DNA of 64,000 bases from Desulfurococcaceae archaeon (lineage in GTDB: Archaea; Thermoproteota; Thermoprotei_A; Sulfolobales; Desulfurococcaceae): NCBI GenBank assembly GCA_038824035.1, contig JAWBBW010000001.1, positions 1-64,000 of the forward strand, given 5' to 3'. Every line of letters starts with the position of its first letter. The first letter of the stretch is position 1. This document shows positions 45,426 through 55,999 of the stretch, piece after piece. The notes beneath the pieces were generated by a model, which was not told where the DNA came from, did not search any database, and saw only the letters and a program-made list of their open reading frames with translations. A program made the position numbers and the translations under genes.

Positions 45426-48400
45426 ATGGCGATCTATATGAACGAAGAGTGGAGCCTATCTGGGAAATATAATCCACATCAGGTCGAGGAGAAGGTTTTG
45501 AGATTCTGGGATGAGATCAAATTATATGAAATGATTAAGGCAAGGAATGCGCTGGGTAAAATGCAATTTAACTTCGTGGATGGCCCTCCCTACCCATCTG
45601 GTGACGTGCCACATCTAGGTACAGCGTGGAACAAGATATTAAAGGACATGGTGTTGCGATATTGGAGAATGAAAAACTACAAAGTATTTGATAAACCGGG
45701 TTATGATTGCCATGGATTACCAATAGAGGTTAAGGTTGAACAGAAGCTAGGGATAAGAACTAAGAGAGAGATAGAGGAGAAAATAGGTATCGAGAGATTT
45801 ATAGAAGAGTGCAAGAAACTCGCATTGACAAATCTACAAGCCATGACGAAGTGGTTTAAGGAATTAGGAATCCTAATGGACTGGGATGACCCGTATCTAA
45901 CCCTCAGAGACCAATACATCGAGGCAGAGTGGTGGTTGGTTAAGAGAGCGGATGAACTGGGATTACTGGAACAAGAGCAAAGAGTTGTATACTGGTGTCC
46001 CAGGTGCTCTACAACGCTTGCCGAGTATGAAGTGGAATACCATGAATTAGAGGATCCAAGTATTTACGTAAAGCTAAGGGTTAAGGGCCTCGAGGACACC
46101 TACCTGGTGATCTGGACGACGACGCCATGGACATTGCCGGCGAACATGTTTGTGATGATTAATCCAAATGAGCCATATGTCAAGGTCAAGGTTGGTAACG
46201 AGACATGGATCTTGGCCAAACAGAGAATATACAGTGTTATGAAGGAGTGTAATATTGATAGATACGAGATATTGGAGGAACTGCCCGGGTCAGAGCTAAT
46301 TGGTTATGCATATGAACACCCGCTCGAAGACCTGGTGCCTCTTCAAAGAGAACTATCAAAATACCACGTGGCGTATCCAGCCCCAGAATATGTATCCATG
46401 TATGAGGGCTCTGGAATAGTGCATGCCGCGCCTGGGCACGGTTTTGAGGATTTCGAGATCGCCAAGAGGTATAGGATAGATCTGATCGCGTGCCCTGTCG
46501 ACGAAGAGGGGAAATTCACAAAGGAAACCGGTAAGTACAGTGGAATGTATGTTAGGGATGCTAATGAGCATATAATAAGTGATCTCAGGGAGAGGAAAGC
46601 ACTCATATGGGCTGGTTCAATCAAGCATAAATACCCTGTTTGTTGGAGATGTAAGACGCCCGTAATACTCAGGGCGACAACTCAGTGGATCATAAGGATC
46701 AGTAAGTTGAAAAACAAGATCGCTGAAGAAGTTAGGAAAGTGGATTGGATCCCTCCATGGGCGCTGGATAGGATAATGAACATGATAGAAAATCTGCAAG
46801 ACTGGGTGATATCTCGTCAGAGATATTGGGGGACTCCATTACCAATATGGCTGTGTCCGAATGGCCATAAAGTGGTGATAGGTCGTTCAAGTGAATTGGA
46901 GAAACTAGGTGGATTTAAACCAAGAGAGCTTCATAGGCCGTGGATAGATCAGGTCGTTTTAAAGTGCCCAATATGTGGACATCAAATGAGGCGTGTACCC
47001 GATGTAATGGATGTGTGGTTTGATAGCGGGGTTGCGTTTTATGCTTCCAAGGGTCATCCCGATGAACTGGGCTCGAGTGATATCGTGATGGATTTCATAA
47101 CGGAGGGCCATGACCAGACACGTGGATGGTTTTTCTCATTGTTAAGAGCCGGCGTATTAGGATTCAATATCGCCCCCTATAAGGTTGTGCTTGTCCACGG
47201 CTTTATGCTCGATGAACAAGGCAGAGAGATGCATAAAAGCCTGGGGAACTACGTTGGAACAGATGAGGCTATATCAGCTATTGGAAGAGACCCATTGCGA
47301 TTATGGCTCGCTAGCAACACTGTATGGGAGGATGCCAAGTTCTCGTGGAGAGAGTTAAAGGAAACAATAAGAGATCTCGATATATTATGGAACACGGCTG
47401 TGTTTGCACATACATATATGTCCCTTGATAATTTCAACGCAGAAAACTATGCATTAAAGGATTACGTAAACTACCTGAGACCTGAAGACAGATGGATTAT
47501 GAGTAGGATCAACGCTTTGATCAGCAAAGTAGACAAATACATGTCCCGATACGAGATACATGAAGCGGTTAGATCCATAAGGGAGTTTTTCGTGGAAGAC
47601 CTAAGTCACTGGTATATAAGGATTGTGAGGCCAAGAGTATGGGTCGAGGAAAATGTACCGGACAAGATTGTTGTCTACATAGTTCTCCACTATATCCTGG
47701 ATAGACTAGTGAGGCTTCTCGCGCTTGTAACACCGTTCATAGCCGAGTACATTTATCAAGCAATGTTCCGTAAATACCATAGCGAATACAGCGTTAACTT
47801 ATTGCAGCTCCCAGAGGTGGATGAGCAATTCATAGATACGGAGTTGGAGAATAAAATGATGGTTGTGAGAGAAATATATCAGGCAACATCCAGGGCTAGG
47901 TCAAAGCTAAGACTCAAGTTAAGACAACCCATTAAAAGGCTCTTGGTTTATACAGATGACCAGCTCGTGATCGACGCTATCACGTCACTCATAGAGGTCA
48001 TTAGGCAAATAACCAACGCTAAAGAGGTCTCAGTGATGAGGACGGCCATGATCTCCGATATAATAAGGTATAAGGCAGAACCGCTTCACAGGGTTATTGG
48101 ACCTAAGTACAGGGATTTAGCGAAAAGCGTGATAGAATATATTGAAAGGAATAGTGAGAGCATTGCAAGGGATATATTGGAAAAGGGAGTTCACAGATTC
48201 GTGATCGACGGCGAGGAGATAACATTGACGCGTAACGAGGTGAACATAGTTCCATATTACATGGAGGGCTATAGTGTGGAGGAGTGTAAATGGGGCGCTG
48301 TAGCCATAGATACAAGACTGGGGCCGGATGAGATAGCCGAGGGATTAGCTAGGGATATCGTGAGGAGAATACAAGTGATGAGGAAAATCATGAACTTATC

Positions 48401-48608
48401 GCTCATGGCCAAGATAATAACACTGATCGTGGCGCCGGAGGATAAGCTCGAATTAGTGGATAAGATGAAAAACTATATCGCGGAAGAGACAAGGAGCAGT
48501 AAGATCATACTGACAAAGGATAAGAACATGGCTGGCACGTTGGGCGGATTAGTGGAGACATGGGAGATAGATGGAGATGAGTATATAATAGAGATAAAAG
48601 AGGTTTGA
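45426..48608 (+). CDS. ileS: Isoleucine--tRNA ligase
   Basis: DGPPY..G.PHLGT, DCHGLPIE, WTTTPWTLP, DWVISRQRYWG, EGHDQTRGWF, EMHKS. Confidence 0.96.
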   Translation: MAIYMNEEWSLSGKYNPHQVEEKVLRFWDEIKLYEMIKARNALGKMQFNFVDGPPYPSGDVPHLGTAWNKILKDMVLRYWRMKNYKVFDKPGYDCHGLPIEVKVEQKLGIRTKREIEEKIGIERFIEECKKLALTNLQAMTKWFKELGILMDWDDPYLTLRDQYIEAEWWLVKRADELGLLEQEQRVVYWCPRCSTTLAEYEVEYHELEDPSIYVKLRVKGLEDTYLVIWTTTPWTLPANMFVMINPNEPYVKVKVGNETWILAKQRIYSVMKECNIDRYEILEELPGSELIGYAYEHPLEDLVPLQRELSKYHVAYPAPEYVSMYEGSGIVHAAPGHGFEDFEIAKRYRIDLIACPVDEEGKFTKETGKYSGMYVRDANEHIISDLRERKALIWAGSIKHKYPVCWRCKTPVILRATTQWIIRISKLKNKIAEEVRKVDWIPPWALDRIMNMIENLQDWVISRQRYWGTPLPIWLCPNGHKVVIGRSSELEKLGGFKPRELHRPWIDQVVLKCPICGHQMRRVPDVMDVWFDSGVAFYASKGHPDELGSSDIVMDFITEGHDQTRGWFFSLLRAGVLGFNIAPYKVVLVHGFMLDEQGREMHKSLGNYVGTDEAISAIGRDPLRLWLASNTVWEDAKFSWRELKETIRDLDILWNTAVFAHTYMSLDNFNAENYALKDYVNYLRPEDRWIMSRINALISKVDKYMSRYEIHEAVRSIREFFVEDLSHWYIRIVRPRVWVEENVPDKIVVYIVLHYILDRLVRLLALVTPFIAEYIYQAMFRKYHSEYSVNLLQLPEVDEQFIDTELENKMMVVREIYQATSRARSKLRLKLRQPIKRLLVYTDDQLVIDAITSLIEVIRQITNAKEVSVMRTAMISDIIRYKAEPLHRVIGPKYRDLAKSVIEYIERNSESIARDILEKGVHRFVIDGEEITLTRNEVNIVPYYMEGYSVEECKWGAVAIDTRLGPDEIAEGLARDIVRRIQVMRKIMNLSLMAKIITLIVAPEDKLELVDKMKNYIAEETRSSKIILTKDKNMAGTLGGLVETWEIDGDEYIIEIKEV

Positions 48609-48814
48609 ATATTTCGATCAATGAATTGATCGAGGAAGCAGGGGCTTTAAAATAGCCGTATACCATATCAACAAGATCGCATGACAATGGTGATCCCAGT
48701 AGTGGGCATATCTCGGCGTGAATGTTAAAAATCAGGGATGTATTCATTGCTTTAATGGTGTTAGGATAAATAGAGGAATAATTGAAGGCTCTCTGGGCTA
48801 TTCCCTGGGCACTT

Positions 48815-51289
48815 TTACACTTGGGATTTATCTTTTTTAGAGAAATCAAGTATATTTTTCTTCGCGGATTCCGAGATTATCCTGATCTCTGATCTAAACC
48901 CCCTCGTGGATATATCTGTCACTTGTTCTTGAACGTTCTTTGACCTTATAACCCCTCTTAGCACATCCTCAATGACTCTTCTATATTCATCGAAATCCAC
49001 ATTCTCTATTAAACACTCCTCGTAAGAAATTATTGTCTCGTGGTTCCTCTGATCTAAGCGGAGACGTATCTTGCAATCGCCGGCTTCGATCAAGCTATCA
49101 TCGTGTGTCACGATGATCACTTGTCCCTCCAATCTTCCTATCTCCCTTAAAACACTCTTCAATCTATCAACAAGCTCTCTGCTAAAACCAGTAGTTGGCT
49201 CATCGAGTATGAGGACAGCTTTTTTCAACATCGGGGAATATTGTCTCACAGTAGCGTTCAGGGCCAATCTATATGCAAGGCTAATTGCTATGTCCTGTCC
49301 CCCGCTCGGAGATCTGAGGTCATATGTTCTCTCACCTATCCTGATCCTGGGCATTACCGAGAGATCGTCGCCTATCACCACCTCTATTGGTTGATCGGGT
49401 ATTAGCAATGCTAGGAAATTGTAGAAAAACCCCCTGAAAGTTTCCAACATGATCTTAGATATCTCTTTCTCAACTATATCAACCACATTATTGATCTTAG
49501 CTAGTATGTCCCTTAGCCTATGTAATTTCTTGGCCTGTTTCTCAAGGTTTTCAAGTGATTTTTCCAACTCCACGATGGATAAGAGTTTATTCTCAAGCAC
49601 TTTGATATCGGCACTAATGCTATAATATTCCCTGGATAATCTCTCTATTTCCTTTCTAATAACATTGATCTCCTGATTCACTTTTTCCAATTCTCCCTCG
49701 ATCTCCACTTTAGATCTTTCAATGTCCTTTAACCTGTTCTCAACGCTTTTAAGGGATTCGAGTTCTTCCAACGCTTTCCTCAACTTATCCAACATTACCT
49801 CGGCTTTATCGAGTTGTCCCTTTCTCTCTTTAAGCAAATTACTTCTCTTGCTTAATTCCCATATTTCGTCCTCAACGACATTTCTCCTTTTCCTGAGATC
49901 ATTGATACGTCCTCTCAACGACTCGATCTCATGTTGTACATCTTTCAGCGCCTTCGAAAGGCTTTCATATTCATTGTCAAATTGTTTTAACCTAGTTTCA
50001 ATATCTTCCATCTCCCTTGTTATCTCGTTTATCAAGGCATATCCATGTTCATGTGTGATTGGTTGTTTACAGACGGGGCATTTGCCGATGGCTATTAGCT
50101 CGTTGACCTCCTTGAGGTCTCTTTTCTTCTCATCTAGGCGTGCTGACCAGTAACTTATATCTCTTTGCTTACTCATCAACATATCTCTAAACCGTTTCTC
50201 CTCTCTCTCTTTTTCAGAGAGCGTTGATTCCAATTCGTTCATTTCCTTATCAATCATCGCCAATTCTTCTCTCAACTTGGTTATTTTAGACTCGATCTCC
50301 TGTTCCTCTCTGTTGATCCTCTCTCTCAGATTACTCAGATCATGTGGGCTCAGTTCAACGAGATCACCCAGTTTGCTCAATTCTTTTTTAATCCTTTCGA
50401 TCTCTTCGTTTATTTCAACTCTCTTCTGGATAAGTGCTTTTAACTCTGATTCCATATCCCTGTATTTATCGCGATCGCTTTCGAGTTCCTCCCTTCTATT
50501 TTCTAATTCAGATAGTCTGTTCTCCAGTGCGATTATCTCGTTTTTTATCGAGGACAATTTTTTCTCTAACTCGTTTTTCTCTCTGTTGATCTTTTCTTTA
50601 TCCAATTGTATTAATTGTTGTCGATAAATTTCTATCTTGTTATCGATACTGCTGATCTCCTTGTTCAACGCCTTGCTGATCAATTTTTCATAATTCCTTC
50701 TGAACTCTCTATATCTCTCTAATCCCAGCGCTCTCTCGATGATCTCTCTTCTTTTCTCGCTATCCAACATGAGTATTTCGTGTACATTGAACTGGGGGGC
50801 GTAGAGTACATTGGTGAATAACAGTGGTTTTCCTTTCTCTACTTCTCTTATTTTCAATATCTCCCGTATTCTCCTATCCATCTCCTCCTTGGAACTGTAT
50901 GGTTCATATCTCTTCAATTTGATCTCTTCGCCCTCGATCTCATATATCTCTATCCTGCCTCCACGCGACTCTATCCTATCACCTACTCGTACAATTGTTC
51001 TCTCGATTAGATATAACCTATCCGCCTGGATCAATAGTCTGACCTTTCCATAATTGCTCCCAGCTCTTAACAGATCTTCTCCAGTTGGATACGCGAATGC
51101 TTCGAATACCTCGTTCCCATGCCACGATCTGGGCACAAGCCCTAGTAAAGCGAAACTTATCGCCATCAGTATACTGGTCTTGCCACTACCACTTGCTCCA
51201 TGAATGGCTATAACGCCCTTGTTGGGGAACACTATTACGCTATTTCTATAGCTCCTGATGTTCTCTAGGTATATGCCCAGGATCCTCAT
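48815..51289 (-). CDS. rad50: DNA double-strand break repair ATPase Rad50
   Basis: Walker A GASGSGKT, long coiled coils, zinc hook CPVC, signature SGGQ, Walker B ILDEPT, VTHD. Confidence 0.9.
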   Translation of the reverse strand: MRILGIYLENIRSYRNSVIVFPNKGVIAIHGASGSGKTSILMAISFALLGLVPRSWHGNEVFEAFAYPTGEDLLRAGSNYGKVRLLIQADRLYLIERTIVRVGDRIESRGGRIEIYEIEGEEIKLKRYEPYSSKEEMDRRIREILKIREVEKGKPLLFTNVLYAPQFNVHEILMLDSEKRREIIERALGLERYREFRRNYEKLISKALNKEISSIDNKIEIYRQQLIQLDKEKINREKNELEKKLSSIKNEIIALENRLSELENRREELESDRDKYRDMESELKALIQKRVEINEEIERIKKELSKLGDLVELSPHDLSNLRERINREEQEIESKITKLREELAMIDKEMNELESTLSEKEREEKRFRDMLMSKQRDISYWSARLDEKKRDLKEVNELIAIGKCPVCKQPITHEHGYALINEITREMEDIETRLKQFDNEYESLSKALKDVQHEIESLRGRINDLRKRRNVVEDEIWELSKRSNLLKERKGQLDKAEVMLDKLRKALEELESLKSVENRLKDIERSKVEIEGELEKVNQEINVIRKEIERLSREYYSISADIKVLENKLLSIVELEKSLENLEKQAKKLHRLRDILAKINNVVDIVEKEISKIMLETFRGFFYNFLALLIPDQPIEVVIGDDLSVMPRIRIGERTYDLRSPSGGQDIAISLAYRLALNATVRQYSPMLKKAVLILDEPTTGFSRELVDRLKSVLREIGRLEGQVIIVTHDDSLIEAGDCKIRLRLDQRNHETIISYEECLIENVDFDEYRRVIEDVLRGVIRSKNVQEQVTDISTRGFRSEIRIISESAKKNILDFSKKDKSQV

Positions 51290-53272
51290 TTAACCCGCCA
51301 TGTCCATTAGTAATTTGGCCACATCTCCCTTTATCTTGCCTAGCTCCTTTCTCCTATTCCTAATGGCCATGATGTTGTCTGCGTACTCGAACCAAGCAGG
51401 TATATATATTGGCACAGGCTCCTTGATCGGCAGATCAGGTGTATATAAATAGCCCTCTCTATCGCCGAGATATGGTAGCGTCTCCACAGGTATACCGATG
51501 TCCCTGAAGAACTCTATATCACTCCTACTCCTCGTTCTCAACACTATGTATGTGTTGAAATTAGCCAGTAATTGCTTCTCGATAATAGTGGCTAATTGTG
51601 TTATGGCAATTAAGCCTATTTTGAATTTCCTGCCCTCTCTCGCTATCCTCGCGAACACGTTATATGGGCTTGTAACTTTATCAGGGCTGAGGTATAAAGG
51701 CGCCTCTTCCGAGACTATGCCTATTGTGAAACTACGTGAAGACTCCTCCACTCCTTTTTCAAGTCTGTTTTCAAATAATCTCCTAGTTATCGTCAAGTTG
51801 GCTAGGTCTGCTTGCACGTTGTCTATCCTGGAGACATCTATTACAACGATATCCCCTTTCTCAACCCATTCAATAACGCTATCTATGCTGAGCCCAGTGT
51901 AACCCGGTATTTCCAATTCCTCGCATATAACTTTCCATTGATAATTGGCTGTACTCACATTGAATGCCTTTCCCAATTTCTCTACGAATAATGAGAGGAA
52001 ACAAGCCAGGCCATCAGGGTCTTTCAATAAAGGAGATGTCTTAACAACACTCAACGAGTCGTCTATGATATATATGGGTTTATTACTACTTGTTCTCTCA
52101 AGTTTTATTCTCCAATTCAGTTTCAGTAAAACAAGTCTCCTTAAAACCCTTGAGATCCTCGCATCTATCCCCCTATCAACGAGGATCCTGTGAAGTCCTT
52201 TTTTATAATCCCTTTGTTCGCCTACGCCCTCATACCTGATCACGTTATCGACTAGTATAGGTATTAATGCTATGGCGTTGGCTGTGGCCTCATCATTCCG
52301 TGTTATGAATAAACCAGCGTTTTTAATCTTCCCATCTTTCTCTAGTTCTTTAATCACGTGGATCACTATTGAGAGAAATTCATCCATTTCGCTGATCCTC
52401 TCGAGGCTGATGTCGCCAAGCCCGGCAAAGTCCTGGAAAAGCACACTACTAGCATCTAGTGCTGTTTCATATAGCCTGAAACACCCATGTTCACTAGCCA
52501 TTATATCCCTGTCCCTCCTGGCTGTGACAAACCTAATAGATTTTATCTCAACATCGTGTATGTATTGATTCGAGCCTATGGCCTCCAGTAAATAACCTAT
52601 GAAACTATCCGGCGTAAACCCCGCTTCTGGGACGTATTCTCCGTGCCTATCTATGATCAGCCATCCCATCTTCTCGGTGGACTCTAATGCGTATTTGAGC
52701 AAGATCCCTTGAATTCCACTGGTTTTACCAGAACCCGTTTGCCCAGCAACGAGCACATGTTTGCTCAATATACGTGGAAGGTCTAGCCTAAATGTTGCAT
52801 CGGGGAAATGCTTCTCCCTTGCCAACTCCTTGTTATGAGCAACACCAGATCTCAGTATCGCCACTGCCACACCTTTTTCACTAGTTCTTGTCCCTATCTC
52901 TCTCATTATATTTTTCGCGTCATCATCGCTATTCGTCAATAGATATATAGGTGTCATAAAGGATGGGGGCTTAGAGGCCTTTGTGAGCACTTTCTCGTTC
53001 GCGTTAACGGGGATCAACTCTAGGAATAGGCTTGCCTGGATCACGACATTTCTCTGGAATTTCATTAACTCTGGTTGTTGAAGAGGTTCTATGCTTCGAA
53101 CGCTTATCGGTAAAAAGCCCTCGAAGCCAACTACATTCATTATAATCACTCTGCCATTTCTCTCAATTGTATACAGTAGATCGCCATAGGATGGGGTATA
53201 ATTGTCATTGGTGACAGCGATAAGCGCTCTATCGTTTGACCATCCATATGTTAACCCTATTCTAACAGGCAT
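51290..53272 (-). CDS. herA: HerA helicase/translocase
   Basis: N-terminal HAS barrel, KHVLVAGQTGSGKT, IIDRHGEY, EEAP, IAREGRKF.IGL..ITQ. Confidence 0.9.
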   Translation of the reverse strand: MPVRIGLTYGWSNDRALIAVTNDNYTPSYGDLLYTIERNGRVIIMNVVGFEGFLPISVRSIEPLQQPELMKFQRNVVIQASLFLELIPVNANEKVLTKASKPPSFMTPIYLLTNSDDDAKNIMREIGTRTSEKGVAVAILRSGVAHNKELAREKHFPDATFRLDLPRILSKHVLVAGQTGSGKTSGIQGILLKYALESTEKMGWLIIDRHGEYVPEAGFTPDSFIGYLLEAIGSNQYIHDVEIKSIRFVTARRDRDIMASEHGCFRLYETALDASSVLFQDFAGLGDISLERISEMDEFLSIVIHVIKELEKDGKIKNAGLFITRNDEATANAIALIPILVDNVIRYEGVGEQRDYKKGLHRILVDRGIDARISRVLRRLVLLKLNWRIKLERTSSNKPIYIIDDSLSVVKTSPLLKDPDGLACFLSLFVEKLGKAFNVSTANYQWKVICEELEIPGYTGLSIDSVIEWVEKGDIVVIDVSRIDNVQADLANLTITRRLFENRLEKGVEESSRSFTIGIVSEEAPLYLSPDKVTSPYNVFARIAREGRKFKIGLIAITQLATIIEKQLLANFNTYIVLRTRSRSDIEFFRDIGIPVETLPYLGDREGYLYTPDLPIKEPVPIYIPAWFEYADNIMAIRNRRKELGKIKGDVAKLLMDMAG

Positions 53273-53276
53273 GTGC

Positions 53277-54572
53277 TCACCTGTAGCCTATTCTCATTCT
53301 CTGAGTACTCATAAACATATATTCGAGTGGATGCCCTATAGTGCCCGTGATCTCCCTTATCACTTGTACAAAGCTCTCGGATATATCTCTAAAGGTCTCG
53401 TTTTTCAATCTAACCATTTCATCGACCTCCATGAATCCATGAGGTAATTGGCCGATCACCGGTGTTCTATACAAGAAGATCTCCTGTGAAACCCTTGGTA
53501 TGGTCTTGCCTAGTTCTGATGCCAATTTACTATTAAACACCACCATCCCCCTTTCAATGTTGATCAGAGGTCTTTGGATATATTTCTCCAGGTGGAAAAC
53601 GGTATTTTCGCTAGTCGTGATCGGGAACCTGGTAACCCATATATCGTTTCTTGGGAATATCAATTTATTGAACAAATTAATGGTATCCATGGCCATGTCG
53701 ACGCCGTACTTAATCCTTATGTCCTCTATCACCGAGGAGGCTTTTTCCACTGATTCCTCATCTACGTAGCTATAGAGACCTAGATCTACTCTTCCCACGT
53801 TACCATAGAATATCTCCCTGGCACGGGCGAATGAGGTGAACTTGGTTGTCTTGGTGAGACCCATTACATCATTTAGTTCATTTATCAAGACATCTCTATC
53901 TATCCCGGTTATTTTCTCAAGGACGTTTAATCCATCAAATTTAAAGGATTTCAGAGATCTCTTCACGCTAAACCATCTGATCAATGTGCCGTCTATAACG
54001 CATATAGGCTTTTTCAGCAAAAACCTCTTCAATTTAATCCCATAAGCGATCTCCATGAGCCCCTCCACATAGTTCACGAATTTCTTGAAATTACTCATTA
54101 ATTTCAAGCCAGATCCCGATGTCTGTTTATTCAACATAGCCGTTATCTCCTCAGAGATCCTGGGCGCGGACTCGGGCCTGATTAATACCGGGTTTTCATC
54201 GACAGGTATAAATCTGATTACGAATTCTGAGCCCTTCTCCCCTTGAACCCATCTCCCATATACGAAGTAGGTCTCATAGGGAGGCATATCACATATTTCA
54301 TGAACATATCTCACACGTCCTTCCTCATCTCTCACACATCCACCAATGTTTATGATATATAGCACTGAGACATCTGTCTCCACGTTGTTAAAGCCAGCAT
54401 CTACAAATACTATGGGGGCCTCTTGTTCGCGTGGAACGAGTGGTGAGACCTTGTAAAACGCCCTATAGGCCTCACTTCTCAGCCTTATTAATTCGCTTTC
54501 ACGGGATTTCACGAAGTCCTCTCTCATCTTGATCGCCACTTCTCTAATTATTTCAAGGATCTTCGAGCTCAT
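53277..54572 (-). CDS. nurA: NurA 5'-3' nuclease
   Basis: VFVDAG, E..ME, VIDGTL, GLTKT, LPHGF.EVD; lies between mre11 and herA. Confidence 0.82.
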   Translation of the reverse strand: MSSKILEIIREVAIKMREDFVKSRESELIRLRSEAYRAFYKVSPLVPREQEAPIVFVDAGFNNVETDVSVLYIINIGGCVRDEEGRVRYVHEICDMPPYETYFVYGRWVQGEKGSEFVIRFIPVDENPVLIRPESAPRISEEITAMLNKQTSGSGLKLMSNFKKFVNYVEGLMEIAYGIKLKRFLLKKPICVIDGTLIRWFSVKRSLKSFKFDGLNVLEKITGIDRDVLINELNDVMGLTKTTKFTSFARAREIFYGNVGRVDLGLYSYVDEESVEKASSVIEDIRIKYGVDMAMDTINLFNKLIFPRNDIWVTRFPITTSENTVFHLEKYIQRPLINIERGMVVFNSKLASELGKTIPRVSQEIFLYRTPVIGQLPHGFMEVDEMVRLKNETFRDISESFVQVIREITGTIGHPLEYMFMSTQRMRIGYR

Positions 54573-55852
54573 TTCTCGATCACCTCTTTCATCTCCCTCA
54601 AGATCTCGTCTAGTAGTCTTCTATAATATGTTTCATCGGGTTCACTGGATTTGGGCAAACTCAGTTGGTCAATCAACCACATCGCCTTATCCACCATGCT
54701 CGAAAGACCTTGCCTAGACAATATCTCTTTCACGATCTTCTTCTCTATTTCAAATATGGAATCGCCTGTTACATGTACGTCGATTACAGGGCCCTCGCCT
54801 AGAAGGGCGCTAGCTATACCCATAGATCTACCCGACCTAACCCTGATCATCACCTTGTACCTGTTCTCCATCTCCGCGATTTCCCGGTGAAGTCTGGCAT
54901 CGGGTAGTTGTATACTCCTGGCTCTTACTATAAACACCTTGTATTCATTGCTCATGTCCTTGACCTTGCTATTTACTTCGATCAAAAGGTCGTTGACATT
55001 GATATGGCTAGACTCTATCAGAGCTACTTTTGGCACGTTATCAAGTTCCAAGGCCTTAACCAAGGGCGGTTCATGTGAGAGATCAATGAGGAGCACTCTA
55101 CGTGATATACCTTTTTTAGCTAATTCATATGTCTCCTCCATGTCGTTTAAATCCATTCCTAAAGGCGCCCCTGAATATGCTATATTGCTCTTAAAGGCCT
55201 TCTCCAAGGGGATAGGCATATGTATGTGCCCGAGCGCAACGTATTTCGTGTTACTCGGTAACTTAGCCAATAAGTCATCGCCCTTGATACTCAGCTTGCC
55301 ATATCTATGATGATATGATGCGGGGTCGAAACCGGAGAACTTCACGCTCATATGTGCCACGACCACTGTGTCATGTCTATCCCCTTTACCATTAATTCCC
55401 TTGAACCTCACTTTACCCTGATCAATGTATTCGATCTCCTTGCCCCCCCTGAACCCGGGGATTCCATAGTAAACGACATTGTCCACAAGTAGTGGCAATG
55501 AAATCATCCACCCCGATAACTCCTCGTACCTTAATAGCCGAATTAACCCGGATTCGTCAAGTAATTCCAATATCCCTTTTCTATACCTCGAGTTATCATG
55601 ATTACCGGGCACGACCACTATTTCTTTCCCATTATCTCTGAGGTTTCTCAAGATCTTTATTGAACGTATTAAGAGGTCATAATTGTCCAACACGGCTTTG
55701 TCAAACATGTCCCCGGCTACTACGAGTGTTCTCGCATCGAGACCCATGACTTTCTCCGCTATTTCTTCTAAAACATCTATATAAGCCTTGCCGAGAAATG
55801 GATGCACTGACATCGCGCAACCAATGTGTAAATCACTTGTATGTATGAGCAT
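54569..55852 (-). CDS. mre11: Mre11 nuclease
   Basis: HTSDLHIG, AGDMFD, PGNHD, AH, YVALGHIH, YSG. Confidence 0.9.
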   Translation of the reverse strand: MLIHTSDLHIGCAMSVHPFLGKAYIDVLEEIAEKVMGLDARTLVVAGDMFDKAVLDNYDLLIRSIKILRNLRDNGKEIVVVPGNHDNSRYRKGILELLDESGLIRLLRYEELSGWMISLPLLVDNVVYYGIPGFRGGKEIEYIDQGKVRFKGINGKGDRHDTVVVAHMSVKFSGFDPASYHHRYGKLSIKGDDLLAKLPSNTKYVALGHIHMPIPLEKAFKSNIAYSGAPLGMDLNDMEETYELAKKGISRRVLLIDLSHEPPLVKALELDNVPKVALIESSHINVNDLLIEVNSKVKDMSNEYKVFIVRARSIQLPDARLHREIAEMENRYKVMIRVRSGRSMGIASALLGEGPVIDVHVTGDSIFEIEKKIVKEILSRQGLSSMVDKAMWLIDQLSLPKSSEPDETYYRRLLDEILREMKEVIEK

Positions 55853-55999
55853 TTAGAAGACACCTTGATTTCTAATTTCTAATAACAGGGTATATTAAAG
55901 GAGGCTCAAATCGATGTATTGGTATATTTGATTAGGAAGATAGGCCCTAAGTAATTGTTCATGGGGATTAAAGACAAAAAACCTTCAACGGGGAATAAT

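Noticed and set aside
48505-48849. 114-aa minus-strand ORF between ileS and rad50
   Set aside because: Overlaps both neighbours and has no motif; the hairpin at about 48615-48634 is more likely a terminator
49500-50700. Repetitive-looking CT-rich sequence
   Set aside because: Codon bias of the Rad50 E/K/R coiled coil, not a DNA repeat
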